Source of the DNA: Ignicoccus pacificus DSM 13166
GTDB taxonomy: Archaea > Thermoproteota > Thermoprotei_A > Sulfolobales > Ignicoccaceae
Length of the DNA: 32,000 bases
Direction of reading: 5' to 3'
NCBI GenBank assembly: GCA_025340205.1
Contig: CP006868.1
Span: forward strand, 660,001-692,000
Shown here: piece by piece, positions 16,580-25,022 of the stretch
How positions within the stretch are numbered: the first letter of the stretch is position 1
Layout of the letters: each line of letters opens with the position of its first letter
The notes under the pieces: model-generated
Database searches by the model: none
What the model was told of the DNA's origin: nothing
The model's input: the letters and a program-made list of their open reading frames with translations, nothing else
Position numbers and translations under genes: made by a program

Positions 16580-18259
16580 ATGGCCGCCGGTGTACCCGTT
16601 CTGATACTCAAAGAGGGCGCTAGCAGGACTTACGGAAGGGAGGCCCTAAGGAGCAACATCCTAGCTGCCAGGATAATCGCTGAGGTCTTGAAGACCAGCT
16701 TGGGTCCCAGAGGAATGGACAAGATGATAGTTGACAGTTTCGGTGACATCACTGTCACCAACGACGGTGTTACCATACTCAAGGAGATGGACGTACAGCA
16801 CCCTGCCGCCAAGCTGATCGTAGAGACTGCCAAGGCGCAAGACGCTGAGGTAGGCGATGGTACTACCAGCGTGGTGGTACTAGCCGGAAGCCTCCTGGAG
16901 AAGGCCGAACCCCTCCTAGACCAGAACATCCACCCAAGCATAATCATTGAGGGTTACAAGAAGGCTATGGAGAAGGCCCTAGAGGAGCTAGACAAGATCG
17001 CTGTAAAGATTGACCCCAAGGACAAGGCTTACATGAAGAAGCTCGTCGGAACCAGCCTCAGCAGCAAGTTTGTAGGCCAAGAGGCCGAGGAGATCAAGGA
17101 GAAGCTTCTAGACATGATCATCGAGGCTGCTTACACCGTAGCTGAGGAGCAGCCCGACGGAACTCTCAAGATGAACATGGACGATATAAAGATCGAGAAG
17201 AAGAAGGGAGGAACTCTGCTGGACAGCCAGCTCGTGAAGGGTATAGTCCTAGACAAGGAGGTTGTCCATCCAGGCATGCCCAGAAGGGTGGAGAACGCCA
17301 AGATCTTGCTACTAGACACCCCGCTAGAGGTCGAGAAGCCCGACATAACCGCCAAGATCAACATAACTGACCCCAGGCAGATAGAGGCCTTCCTAGAGGA
17401 GCAGACCAAGATACTCAAGGAGATGGTCGACAAGATCGCCGCCACCGGAGCCAACGTCGTCATAACCCAGAAGGGCATCGACGACGTCGCCGCTCACTTC
17501 CTAGCGAAGAAGGGCATACTGGCCGTAAGGAGGGTGAAGAGGAGCGACATCGAGAAGATAGCCAAGGCCACCGGAGCCAGGATAGTGACTAGCATCAAGG
17601 ACGTCACTCCCGACGCCCTAGGTGAGGCCGAGCTGGTCGAGGAGAGGAGGGTTGGTAAGGACAAGATGGTGTTCATTGAGGGATGCAAGAACCCCAGAGC
17701 CGTGACCATACTGCTAAGGGGTGCCAGCGACATGGCCCTCGACGAGGCCGAGAGGAACGTCACCGATGCTCTGCACGTGCTGAGGAACATATTCATGAAG
17801 CCCATGATAGTGGCCGGAGGAGGAGCCATTGAGGTCGAGCTGGCCGAGAGGCTGAGGAAGTACGCCACCAGCGTGGGAGGCAAGGAGCAGCTAGCCATCG
17901 AGGCCTACGCCGAGGCCCTCGAGGAGATACCGGTGGTGCTGGCCGACACTGCTGGAATGGACACCTTGGAGGCCCTAATGGAGCTGAGGAAGCTACACAG
18001 GGAGGGCAAGATCTGGGCCGGCGTGAACGTGATCGAGGGCAAGATAGAGGAGGACATGACCAAGCTAGGAGTGATCGAGCCGGTAAGGGTTAGGGAGCAA
18101 GTGCTCAAGAGCGCTACTGAGGCAGCTAACGCCCTACTGAAGATCGACGACGTGATCGCCGCCGCTCCGCCCAAGGAGGGCAAGAAGGGCAAGGGCGGCG
18201 AAGGAGGAGAAGAGGAAGAAGAGGGAGGAATGGGCAAGTTCGGTGGCGGTGAGTTCTAA
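16580..18259 (+). CDS. ths: thermosome subunit (group II chaperonin)
   Basis: [22 protein letters not shown]...LGPRGMDKM...TNDGVTIL...VGDGTTS...VAGGGA.E, with a Gly/Glu-rich tail. The ORF track starts at a TTG at 16550, but the conserved N-terminus begins at the ATG at 16580. This is the highest-GC gene in the window, at about 57% in one 60-nt line I counted. Confidence 0.95.
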   Translation: MAAGVPVLILKEGASRTYGREALRSNILAARIIAEVLKTSLGPRGMDKMIVDSFGDITVTNDGVTILKEMDVQHPAAKLIVETAKAQDAEVGDGTTSVVVLAGSLLEKAEPLLDQNIHPSIIIEGYKKAMEKALEELDKIAVKIDPKDKAYMKKLVGTSLSSKFVGQEAEEIKEKLLDMIIEAAYTVAEEQPDGTLKMNMDDIKIEKKKGGTLLDSQLVKGIVLDKEVVHPGMPRRVENAKILLLDTPLEVEKPDITAKINITDPRQIEAFLEEQTKILKEMVDKIAATGANVVITQKGIDDVAAHFLAKKGILAVRRVKRSDIEKIAKATGARIVTSIKDVTPDALGEAELVEERRVGKDKMVFIEGCKNPRAVTILLRGASDMALDEAERNVTDALHVLRNIFMKPMIVAGGGAIEVELAERLRKYATSVGGKEQLAIEAYAEALEEIPVVLADTAGMDTLEALMELRKLHREGKIWAGVNVIEGKIEEDMTKLGVIEPVRVREQVLKSATEAANALLKIDDVIAAAPPKEGKKGKGGEGGEEEEEGGMGKFGGGEF

Positions 18260-18274
18260 ATAGGAAATTTTTGA

Positions 18275-18697
18275 TCAATCCCAGTAATCATCGCTCATTA
18301 CCCTTCTCTGACTCTCTCTATAGTAAAAGGTTGGTACCTTCCTCAGCAACCTTCTTCTAAGACCCATGTCGGCTGTGGCCACAGGGACGCCATACCTCAA
18401 GGCTATTTCACACAACTCATCATCCGCTCTCTTATAGTTCAGATCTGTCTCTAAGATGAAACATCTCTGCTCAATTATCCGCTTAGCTAGCCTTGCGCTT
18501 CTCCCTCTCTTCCCCCCATTCTTCTCGTGCTTCTCGAGTTCTCTTAACACGCTCCGTGTAACTACACACTTGCAACCGAAGGACTCCAGTTGATCGATAA
18601 CATCTATTCCCTCTCCGAGCAACAGCAGTATCGAGGTATCCACGAGGACGTAACGCCTAGGTTTGTCGGTCAATTCTTCAAGACTGAGAGTTTTCAT
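18275..18697 (-). CDS. PIN-domain protein (Fcf1/Utp24-like or VapC-like ribonuclease fold)
   Basis: YVLVDTSILLLL..., ...CVVTRSVLRELEK..., ...DDELCEIALRYGVPVATADMGLRRRL show the acidic residues in the PIN order. I prefer the ATG at 18697, which is preceded by GGAAGGAG. The ORF is open to a GTG at 18724. Confidence 0.65.
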   Translation of the reverse strand: MKTLSLEELTDKPRRYVLVDTSILLLLGEGIDVIDQLESFGCKCVVTRSVLRELEKHEKNGGKRGRSARLAKRIIEQRCFILETDLNYKRADDELCEIALRYGVPVATADMGLRRRLLRKVPTFYYRESQRRVMSDDYWD

Positions 18698-18757
18698 GAC
18701 TCCTTCCAGAGGGTTTAAAATCACAAATATTTATTTAGGCTTAGGTGACTTAAAAGT

Positions 18758-19861
18758 ATGAAGGAAAAGGTCATTGCCACGGTCCTAGCGATATTCATGA
18801 TAGTCGATGCAGTCTTAAGTGTCAACGCCGCCCTACACGCGCCCTTCCCCGCTGCCGTGCCGCTGGGAAGTCCTGCCGCTTACTTGAACGTCTACCTCCA
18901 CGTCCCGATAGCTTGGGCAACGTACATGCTCTTCATAATAGGCTTCATACTAGCTATAGCTTACCTAGCAACCGGAAACAAGAAGTTCGATAAATATTCA
19001 GAGCTGTTCATCTACACGGCGTTAGTGTACGCGTTCTTGACACTAATAACTGGGAGCATGTGGGCCATGGAATCGTGGGGAAGCGCTTGGAACTGGGATC
19101 CCAGGGAGACGGCCGTTCTCCTACTCTTTATAGCCTACTTGGTGTACGTGGCCATAAGATACAGCATTAGAGATCCGGAGAGGAGGGCTACGGTCTCTGC
19201 AGTCTTCGCCATAGCCGCATTCGCTACCGTTCCGATAAGCTTCCTAGCCCCTTACTTGATCCACGGGAGCCTTCACCCCACGATGTCCAATACCGAGTCG
19301 TTCTTGTCACACCCATCCACAAAGACATACTTCTTCAGCAAGGTATTTACTACAGTCGTTACCGCTATACTAATACCTATAGCCATTGGAATGAGAGCCG
19401 ACAAGAAGATAGTGACGGCCGGCGCCTTGGGAATGTTCATAATACTGATCATTGGAGCCTTAATGGTCATGCCGTGGGGAGCTACGGGAAGGGTCGAGGC
19501 AGCTTACTTCACTAAGGGTAGCCTAAAGTTCCAGTTCTATACAGCAAACAACAAGATAATGACCCATACTGGAGGATTGATAATAACCGTTAATGGCAAA
19601 AACATAACCTTGACCACGTCGAAGGGCTTACCTAAACCCAACTTCATACCGGTACCAAACTTCGCCAGGGGAACGAACAAGACTGGAATTGTGGTGGAGT
19701 GCTGCGGAAGCAAGTACTGGCCAACCATATTAGGTCATATAGTCAAGGTTAGCAACGGTAAGGTAACCGTCTTGAAGCCCTTTACCGTAGCGTGGACCCT
19801 CCTAACCTATGGCATCTTCGTCCCTCTCTTCGTTGTATTGATGGTGAGGAGAAGGGAGTAA
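18758..19861 (+). CDS. ccmC: CcmC-type haem-handling protein (System I cytochrome c maturation) with a C-terminal CcmE-like extension
   Basis: WWD motif WGSAWNWDPRE at 19076-19108. The flanking loop histidines sit in YLHVPIAW and IHGSLHP, and there are six TM helices as in CcmC. A further TM follows, then about 100 soluble residues containing CCGSKY (19700-19717), then a final TM. Confidence 0.7.
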   Translation: MKEKVIATVLAIFMIVDAVLSVNAALHAPFPAAVPLGSPAAYLNVYLHVPIAWATYMLFIIGFILAIAYLATGNKKFDKYSELFIYTALVYAFLTLITGSMWAMESWGSAWNWDPRETAVLLLFIAYLVYVAIRYSIRDPERRATVSAVFAIAAFATVPISFLAPYLIHGSLHPTMSNTESFLSHPSTKTYFFSKVFTTVVTAILIPIAIGMRADKKIVTAGALGMFIILIIGALMVMPWGATGRVEAAYFTKGSLKFQFYTANNKIMTHTGGLIITVNGKNITLTTSKGLPKPNFIPVPNFARGTNKTGIVVECCGSKYWPTILGHIVKVSNGKVTVLKPFTVAWTLLTYGIFVPLFVVLMVRRRE

Positions 19862-19950
19862 GCGTTTATGTTTGAAAATGAATGTAAAAACCGTTTTTCG
19901 CCCCATGTCGTGACATAGCATAGGGAAAGAACAAAACGAGGGAACGGAAT

Positions 19951-20352
19951 ATGGTATGTCCGTTTGCTGTACAAAGAGGGCTACTGTCTAGGAGGGTCTT
20001 CTGCCTTGCCATAGGGATGTACGTTAACTACAAGAAACAAGGATGTTTGACTAACAAGTTCGTTGAATGTCCATACTACAAGCAAGCCATAGAAGAGGAA
20101 AAGAAGAAGGAAGAGGAGAGGATCATAGCACCTGATGCCCACGAAGTCCTAGAGGGAGAAAAAGACATACTAGAGAAAACCGTCAACGAAAGCGTCAAGG
20201 AAGCGCTAAAGAAGTACGCGGATCCAAAGAGAGGGATATACCCAGACACGTGTTACGACTGTCTTTACTTCTCTCCAACCACGGGGTTATGTCTGTATAT
20301 GAGAATAAAGGTAAAAGATCCAAACAATCCCCCTTGCAAGAGCAAGAAATGA
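19951..20352 (+). CDS. Cys-rich small protein, hypothetical
   Basis: 133 aa. There are four Cys in the first 40 aa and four in the last 33 aa (CYDC-x9-C-x14-C), separated by a highly charged linker (EEEKKKEEER). Its stop overlaps the next start as ATGA. Confidence 0.45.
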   Translation: MVCPFAVQRGLLSRRVFCLAIGMYVNYKKQGCLTNKFVECPYYKQAIEEEKKKEEERIIAPDAHEVLEGEKDILEKTVNESVKEALKKYADPKRGIYPDTCYDCLYFSPTTGLCLYMRIKVKDPNNPPCKSKK

Positions 20353-21116
20353 TAGTGGAGGGTTTCTTGCTTCTCTACAAGGACTTCATTTGGATGGCAA
20401 AGGGTATTGAACATCCAGAGGGCTATGCCGTAGCCTTCCCGCGCTATCACGGAGGTAAGAAGGTTTCTCTCTTCCCCACGCAATTTCTATCCCTCGTTAA
20501 GACTTGCGATTGTTCTCCTTCGCCCGTACCCTTAGTTCCTTTAGAGAGAGCCATAGTTTATGATCCGAGAGACTTAATAGAAAGGGACACGCTCGCAAGA
20601 GATTTCGCCTCTGTGTTAGCTAAGGGGGCCGGACTCACGGGATCTAGGGTAATAGGCGTAGAAGGCGACATAGACCTAGTCTTCTATGATAGTTATGAAG
20701 AAGTACTAAAAGCCCTAAAGGATCTTAGAGATGATGGGGAAATAGAACCGGAAATAGGGAAGTGGAAGAGTCTGGGCGAAGGAGCTATCAAATGTAAGCT
20801 CAAGCACACCCTTCTAGAAGGAAAGTGGAGAGGCGTTCACTACTCCATAAGACTCGTCTCGGCTCCTAGAGCTCCTTCAAGGCCCGTTTCCTTGGGTTTG
20901 AAGGCAGTTAAGGGAAGGATCATTGAAGCCAATAACACAGTAATGCCCTATGAATACGTATTGGAAAACGGAGTTATTATAGAGAGCTTGAGGATGCAAC
21001 ACTCCGAGATACCGGTGGGAGCGATAATAGAGGTGAAGGGATCGTGGGAGATGAGCTCGAGAGGAGAGAGACTCCACCTAGGGTTGAACTCATTCATGGA
21101 TGTGATCTCTTGCTAA
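20349..21116 (+). CDS. predicted Pol-beta-superfamily nucleotidyltransferase with a C-terminal beta-rich (OB-like) domain
   Basis: LTGSRVIGVEGDIDLVFY is an hGS-x7-DxD minimal NTase signature. The C-terminal about 70 aa (KGRIIEANNTVMPYEYVLENGVIIESLRM...IEVKGSWE) looks like an OB or barrel fold. I chose the ATG at 20349, which overlaps the upstream stop as ATGA, rather than the track start at 20250. Confidence 0.45.
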   Translation: MIVEGFLLLYKDFIWMAKGIEHPEGYAVAFPRYHGGKKVSLFPTQFLSLVKTCDCSPSPVPLVPLERAIVYDPRDLIERDTLARDFASVLAKGAGLTGSRVIGVEGDIDLVFYDSYEEVLKALKDLRDDGEIEPEIGKWKSLGEGAIKCKLKHTLLEGKWRGVHYSIRLVSAPRAPSRPVSLGLKAVKGRIIEANNTVMPYEYVLENGVIIESLRMQHSEIPVGAIIEVKGSWEMSSRGERLHLGLNSFMDVISC

Positions 21117-21856
21117 TAGCGGAGGCCTTAGAAGGAGCCTATCCCAAGGCAGGGAACGTGAGTCCCTTAAATGAAGGCCCGTTCAAGTACTTAGACCTAC
21201 TGGTTGAAGCGTGGAGACTTAAAAGAGTATGCGAGATGACCTTACCTCTGGGGAAGAGGTACTACACCTTCCTAACTTCACAAAGGGTAACTGCTCTAGC
21301 TGGCTTTGCGATACTCTCCATACCTCTCTTCGATTGCTTGAGTAGGGGTTTGAAGATGGGAAGATGTGGAAGGGATATTGTTAGGGGAAGCTCCCCTGAG
21401 GACGCCTACTGGTACCTCAAGGCGCTAAGGGATTCCGGTCTTTCTCATTTGAGGAGAGTTGAAGGAAGGGATTATCCTAATGTAGAGCGACCAGAAGAGG
21501 TCTTTGAGAAGGGCTGGAATTTAGAATACGTCTTTAAGAGAGTGGCCGATACCATCTCTTTGGAGATCATTAGAGGCTACCCCCTCTCCACGGAGGGGGC
21601 TCATTACCTTCTTGAGAATGGTATAGAAAGAATTAGGGAGCTCCAGCGAATTATCTTATCTAAGAGTATAGATGACCTAGTAGCGAGGAAGTGGGGCCTT
21701 CGAGTAGCTTATGAACTCACCTTAGCGGCTAGAGAAGGGCTTCATGAAAAATTCATTGAGGAGAAGGGGCTGAATCCTGGAACCACTGCTGACATAATCG
21801 GAGTCTCCGTTCTTATAGCCCTCTCCGAGCTTTTGAGAAGGAGGGAACTTTGGTAA
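21044..21856 (+). CDS. CitG/MdcB-like triphosphoribosyl-dephospho-CoA synthase family protein
   Basis: The N-terminal AYPKAGNVSP resembles CitG SPKPGLVD, and the C-terminal LNPGTTADIIGVSVLIAL resembles CitG LSPGGSADLL. Both occur in the expected order and spacing. The start is uncertain: the ATG at 21044 overlaps the upstream gene by 73 nt, and a TTG at 21110 overlaps it by 7 nt. Confidence 0.55.
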   Translation: MGDELERRETPPRVELIHGCDLLLIAEALEGAYPKAGNVSPLNEGPFKYLDLLVEAWRLKRVCEMTLPLGKRYYTFLTSQRVTALAGFAILSIPLFDCLSRGLKMGRCGRDIVRGSSPEDAYWYLKALRDSGLSHLRRVEGRDYPNVERPEEVFEKGWNLEYVFKRVADTISLEIIRGYPLSTEGAHYLLENGIERIRELQRIILSKSIDDLVARKWGLRVAYELTLAAREGLHEKFIEEKGLNPGTTADIIGVSVLIALSELLRRRELW

Positions 21857-22998
21857 TAGAGGTTAGCGAAGAAGCGCTTAGGAAGGCGTTAACCATCTCT
21901 CCGGTAATCTACCAGAAGCACGTCAAAGGGAGGGCAGAGATAGGTGAGCTGGTTGAGTTAGAGTATGAGGGAAGGACGATATGCGCTATGTGGGATGAAA
22001 CGGGGCCGGTGAGGTTAAGAGTGCTCCTTAACCACGAATGTCCGTCCACTCCCGAAGAAGCCCTAGAAGAAGCTCTAGAAAGGGCTTATAGGGTAAGAAG
22101 GCTTAACGGAGCCGCCAATTGGGATGCTTTCAGACTGGTCAATGGAGATGGAGATATGCTTTCAGGATTGATTATTGATATTTATAAGGAGATTGCTGTG
22201 CTCCAATCCTCAAGCTTAGCTATAGACAAGTATATCAAATTCATAGCTGAAAGAGTAAGGAATTTGCTAAAGCTGGAGTCCGTATATGAAAAGAGTGTTC
22301 AAAGGGTGAGGCGAAAGGTAGGACTACCAGAAAGGGAAGGCCTCATACTGGGAACGAAGAAAGAGACTGTGGTGGACGAGGAAGGAGTTAAGTTCTTGGT
22401 GAGGGTAGACAAGCAGAAGACGGGTCTTTACTTGGATCAAAGGGAGAACAGGGTATTCTTCGAGAGGTTCGCTAAAGGAGAGAAGGTCTTGGACGCGTTC
22501 TCCTATACCGGGGGATTTGGCCTTCACGCGTTGCACGGAGGGGCGAAGAAGGTGAAGTTTGTAGACGAGGATCACGAGGCTCTCTCGATACTAAAGGAGA
22601 ACTTAAGGCTTAACAGCTTCTCTGAAGAGATGGTAGAGATAGTCGAAAGCGATATATGGAGATACCTAAAAGAGGAGAGAAGTAGGTTCGGATTGCTGAG
22701 CTTCGATCCTCCAGCCTTCATTCCTTCAAAGGAGTATTACGACTTAGGAGTAAGAGATTACTTGAAGGTTTACATAAACGCGTTTAAGCTCGCTGAGGAG
22801 GGCTCCGTGGTCGTCCTCTCCTCGTGTTCCCAACCGCTCTCTAGGGACGATTTCTTGAGACTGATATCAAAGGCCTCCTTCTACGCCAAAGTGGACGCTA
22901 GGACGTTTGCTCTTCGTGGGGCCTCTCGTGATCACGTGATGCTTCCGAACGCTCGTCACTTGGAGTACTTGAAGGTGGCGTTCCTCTCAAGGCTTTGA
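21850..22998 (+). CDS. RlmI-like (PUA + class I SAM) RNA m5C methyltransferase family protein
   Basis: 382 aa. ...KTGLYLDQRENRVFFERFAKGEKVLDAFSYTGGFGLHA...FDPPAF... is the COG1092-type motif set. A TTG start overlaps the upstream stop by 7 nt. Confidence 0.75.
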   Translation: MVIEVSEEALRKALTISPVIYQKHVKGRAEIGELVELEYEGRTICAMWDETGPVRLRVLLNHECPSTPEEALEEALERAYRVRRLNGAANWDAFRLVNGDGDMLSGLIIDIYKEIAVLQSSSLAIDKYIKFIAERVRNLLKLESVYEKSVQRVRRKVGLPEREGLILGTKKETVVDEEGVKFLVRVDKQKTGLYLDQRENRVFFERFAKGEKVLDAFSYTGGFGLHALHGGAKKVKFVDEDHEALSILKENLRLNSFSEEMVEIVESDIWRYLKEERSRFGLLSFDPPAFIPSKEYYDLGVRDYLKVYINAFKLAEEGSVVVLSSCSQPLSRDDFLRLISKASFYAKVDARTFALRGASRDHVMLPNARHLEYLKVAFLSRL

Positions 22999-23842
22999 AG
23001 TACCTAACCAGCCTCACAACGTAGAACAACCAAGAGGGGCTTCCTTGGAGTTCGACGAAGGATAATAGGGCACCGGCGTCCATAAGACCGTCAACAATAT
23101 CCATGGGATAATCCTTACCTAGCGACTTCCACTTCACTGCCAAGTAAGCGTAAGCCAAGGCGCCCGTCATTCCTATTATTCCGTACAAATCATCTCCCAT
23201 TCCCTTCGAGAAGCCTAGCAACACTATCGCAATCTCTATGGATCCTATCCAAACGGCTAAAGGACTCTTGTAGCCCCACATTCTCTGTATCACTGTTAAC
23301 CATATCAAGGCGGCGACGCCGGCTATTATCGCTACCGTATACCTAGCCGTAGGTATGTTTAAGTGCATCTCTGCCATTTTGACTAGTATAATGATGATCA
23401 AGGCCACTATTCTGTCACTCCTCTCCATGAGTCCAACTCCTTCTCCCTTCCTTCCCTCCACCTCCGCCGCTGCTCTGATCGTGGATATGAGGATAGAGCC
23501 GGTGGCCCATAAGTAGGCCAATTCCCATGGGGCTCCCAAGGCTGGAAGTCCCAGAGCTAGCACCACATCCGTTAGCCTGTCCAAGCTGGAATCTAGAAAA
23601 GCCCCTGCCTTGCTGACCTTCTTCAGCTTCCTCGCTATGGCTCCATCTAGGACGTCGAACAGACCGGTTACTATCAAAGCTATTATTGCGTCAAGGTACC
23701 TTCCTTCCCATATCAAGTACAGGTAAACAAAAGCCGGCACGACCCCGATTACCGTTATTATGTTGGGACTCACCCACGCCGGAACTCGGGAAGCCAGCCT
23801 CTCCATCAACGGCGATATCTTCTTTCTCAGCTTGCTAAGCAT
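22898..23842 (-). CDS. CDP-alcohol phosphatidyltransferase family protein (polar-lipid head-group synthase)
   Basis: FDVLDGAIARKLKKVSKAGAFLDSSLDRLTD is the D-x2-DG-x2-AR-x8-G-x3-D-x3-D signature. It has extra C-terminal TM helices, and a hydrophilic tail runs antisense into the preceding gene. Confidence 0.8.
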   Translation of the reverse strand: MLSKLRKKISPLMERLASRVPAWVSPNIITVIGVVPAFVYLYLIWEGRYLDAIIALIVTGLFDVLDGAIARKLKKVSKAGAFLDSSLDRLTDVVLALGLPALGAPWELAYLWATGSILISTIRAAAEVEGRKGEGVGLMERSDRIVALIIIILVKMAEMHLNIPTARYTVAIIAGVAALIWLTVIQRMWGYKSPLAVWIGSIEIAIVLLGFSKGMGDDLYGIIGMTGALAYAYLAVKWKSLGKDYPMDIVDGLMDAGALLSFVELQGSPSWLFYVVRLVRYFKALRGTPPSSTPSDERSEASRDHERPHEEQTS

Positions 23843-23867
23843 TCCTTCCAGTACCCCAAACGCCTTC

Positions 23868-24995
23868 TCAAGTACCCCTCTTCAACCTCTCAGCAAGTTT
23901 GCCCAGCCTCGCTAGTGCCTTAGCCTTCTCCTTCTCTCCTATCTTTGCTTTCATAACTATTTCTTTCATAATTTCAATTACTTTATCAGCCGTTTTAACG
24001 TCATAAGGGTACGGAACGCCGTCCTTTCCCCCTACCGCATAGGCATAGGCAAAGGGGTCCAGAGGGGAGCTTACCGGATCCTCGAAAGAGGGAGAATAGC
24101 CATAGATTAGATGTGAAATTAGTGCCAAAGCTCTAACGGTCTTGGGACCTATCCCGGGTGCGACGAGTAAGTCCTCCTTCCTCGAGGGCTTAAACTCGTA
24201 TGCCTTCTTGAGGGCGTTTTCCAGTTGTCTCGATGGCCGGACGGGATAGTAATACCTTATGGCTCTGGGATCGATAACGAATTCCCCAGTCAACCTCCTT
24301 TGTCCCTTGAGTCCTGCCCTTGCCACCTTCAAGAGAGTCATTACCCTTGAAGGTCCTTCGTTTATCAAGTCTACGCTTATCTCCGCCATCTTCTCCGCAA
24401 CTGGTGCGCTAGCGTCCAAAGCTTCTCCTCGTATCCCGCTAACAGCAGAGTGAGGATTCCTCCAGGGTCTGTTCTCATCTGTTAGATGGTATCTCCTGGC
24501 TAGCTTACGCTCAACGTTCATGCCTTGTTGAACCACTGTCCACCTCTTCCTGCTCAGTACGACGAAGTGGACATAAAGGTCATAACCATCTTGAAGCAAG
24601 GCGCTATCGAGTCTCGCCGATGACTTGGAGAATTGAAAGACCTCTTCGGGGGCGATGTCCAGCTTCTTCCCAGCCTCCTCCGCCTCCTCCTTGACCTTAA
24701 GCATGTTCTTACCCTTTCCACCTAGAACTAAGAATTCCCATTCCTTCTCCCAGCTGAGTCTCTTCAATATCCCTAAGACGACCGCTGTACTTCCGGAGGA
24801 GTCCCAATCCATCCCTATAGCGTTATTGAACGCTTGAAACCAAAAGGGATCGGAAAGTCTCCTGACGACCTCCTCGGGCCCGAACTCCTCAACCATGAGG
24901 TCCACTATTACCTCACTGAGACCTATCATCCTCTTCATTAGGTGAGGTGGTACCTTTCCCCCATGTAGTATTAAGTCCGATATTCCTCCTTCCAT
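23868..24995 (-). CDS. DUF763-family protein with a helix-hairpin-helix motif
   Basis: 375 aa. LHGGKVPPHLMKRM...RLSDPFWFQAFNNAIGMDWDSSGSTAVV matches my recollection of the DUF763 N-terminus. LVAPGIGPKTVRALAL is an HhH motif. Confidence 0.55.
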   Translation of the reverse strand: MEGGISDLILHGGKVPPHLMKRMIGLSEVIVDLMVEEFGPEEVVRRLSDPFWFQAFNNAIGMDWDSSGSTAVVLGILKRLSWEKEWEFLVLGGKGKNMLKVKEEAEEAGKKLDIAPEEVFQFSKSSARLDSALLQDGYDLYVHFVVLSRKRWTVVQQGMNVERKLARRYHLTDENRPWRNPHSAVSGIRGEALDASAPVAEKMAEISVDLINEGPSRVMTLLKVARAGLKGQRRLTGEFVIDPRAIRYYYPVRPSRQLENALKKAYEFKPSRKEDLLVAPGIGPKTVRALALISHLIYGYSPSFEDPVSSPLDPFAYAYAVGGKDGVPYPYDVKTADKVIEIMKEIVMKAKIGEKEKAKALARLGKLAERLKRGT

Positions 24996-25022
24996 AGCTC
25001 CCTTTTAAGAAATATTATGAGA

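Noticed and set aside
16630-18237. Four minus-strand ORFs (105-134 aa) lying inside the thermosome gene.
   Set aside because: They are Ser/Leu/Ala-rich antisense translations of a GC-rich, highly conserved gene. No motifs are present, and the thermosome frame is unambiguous.
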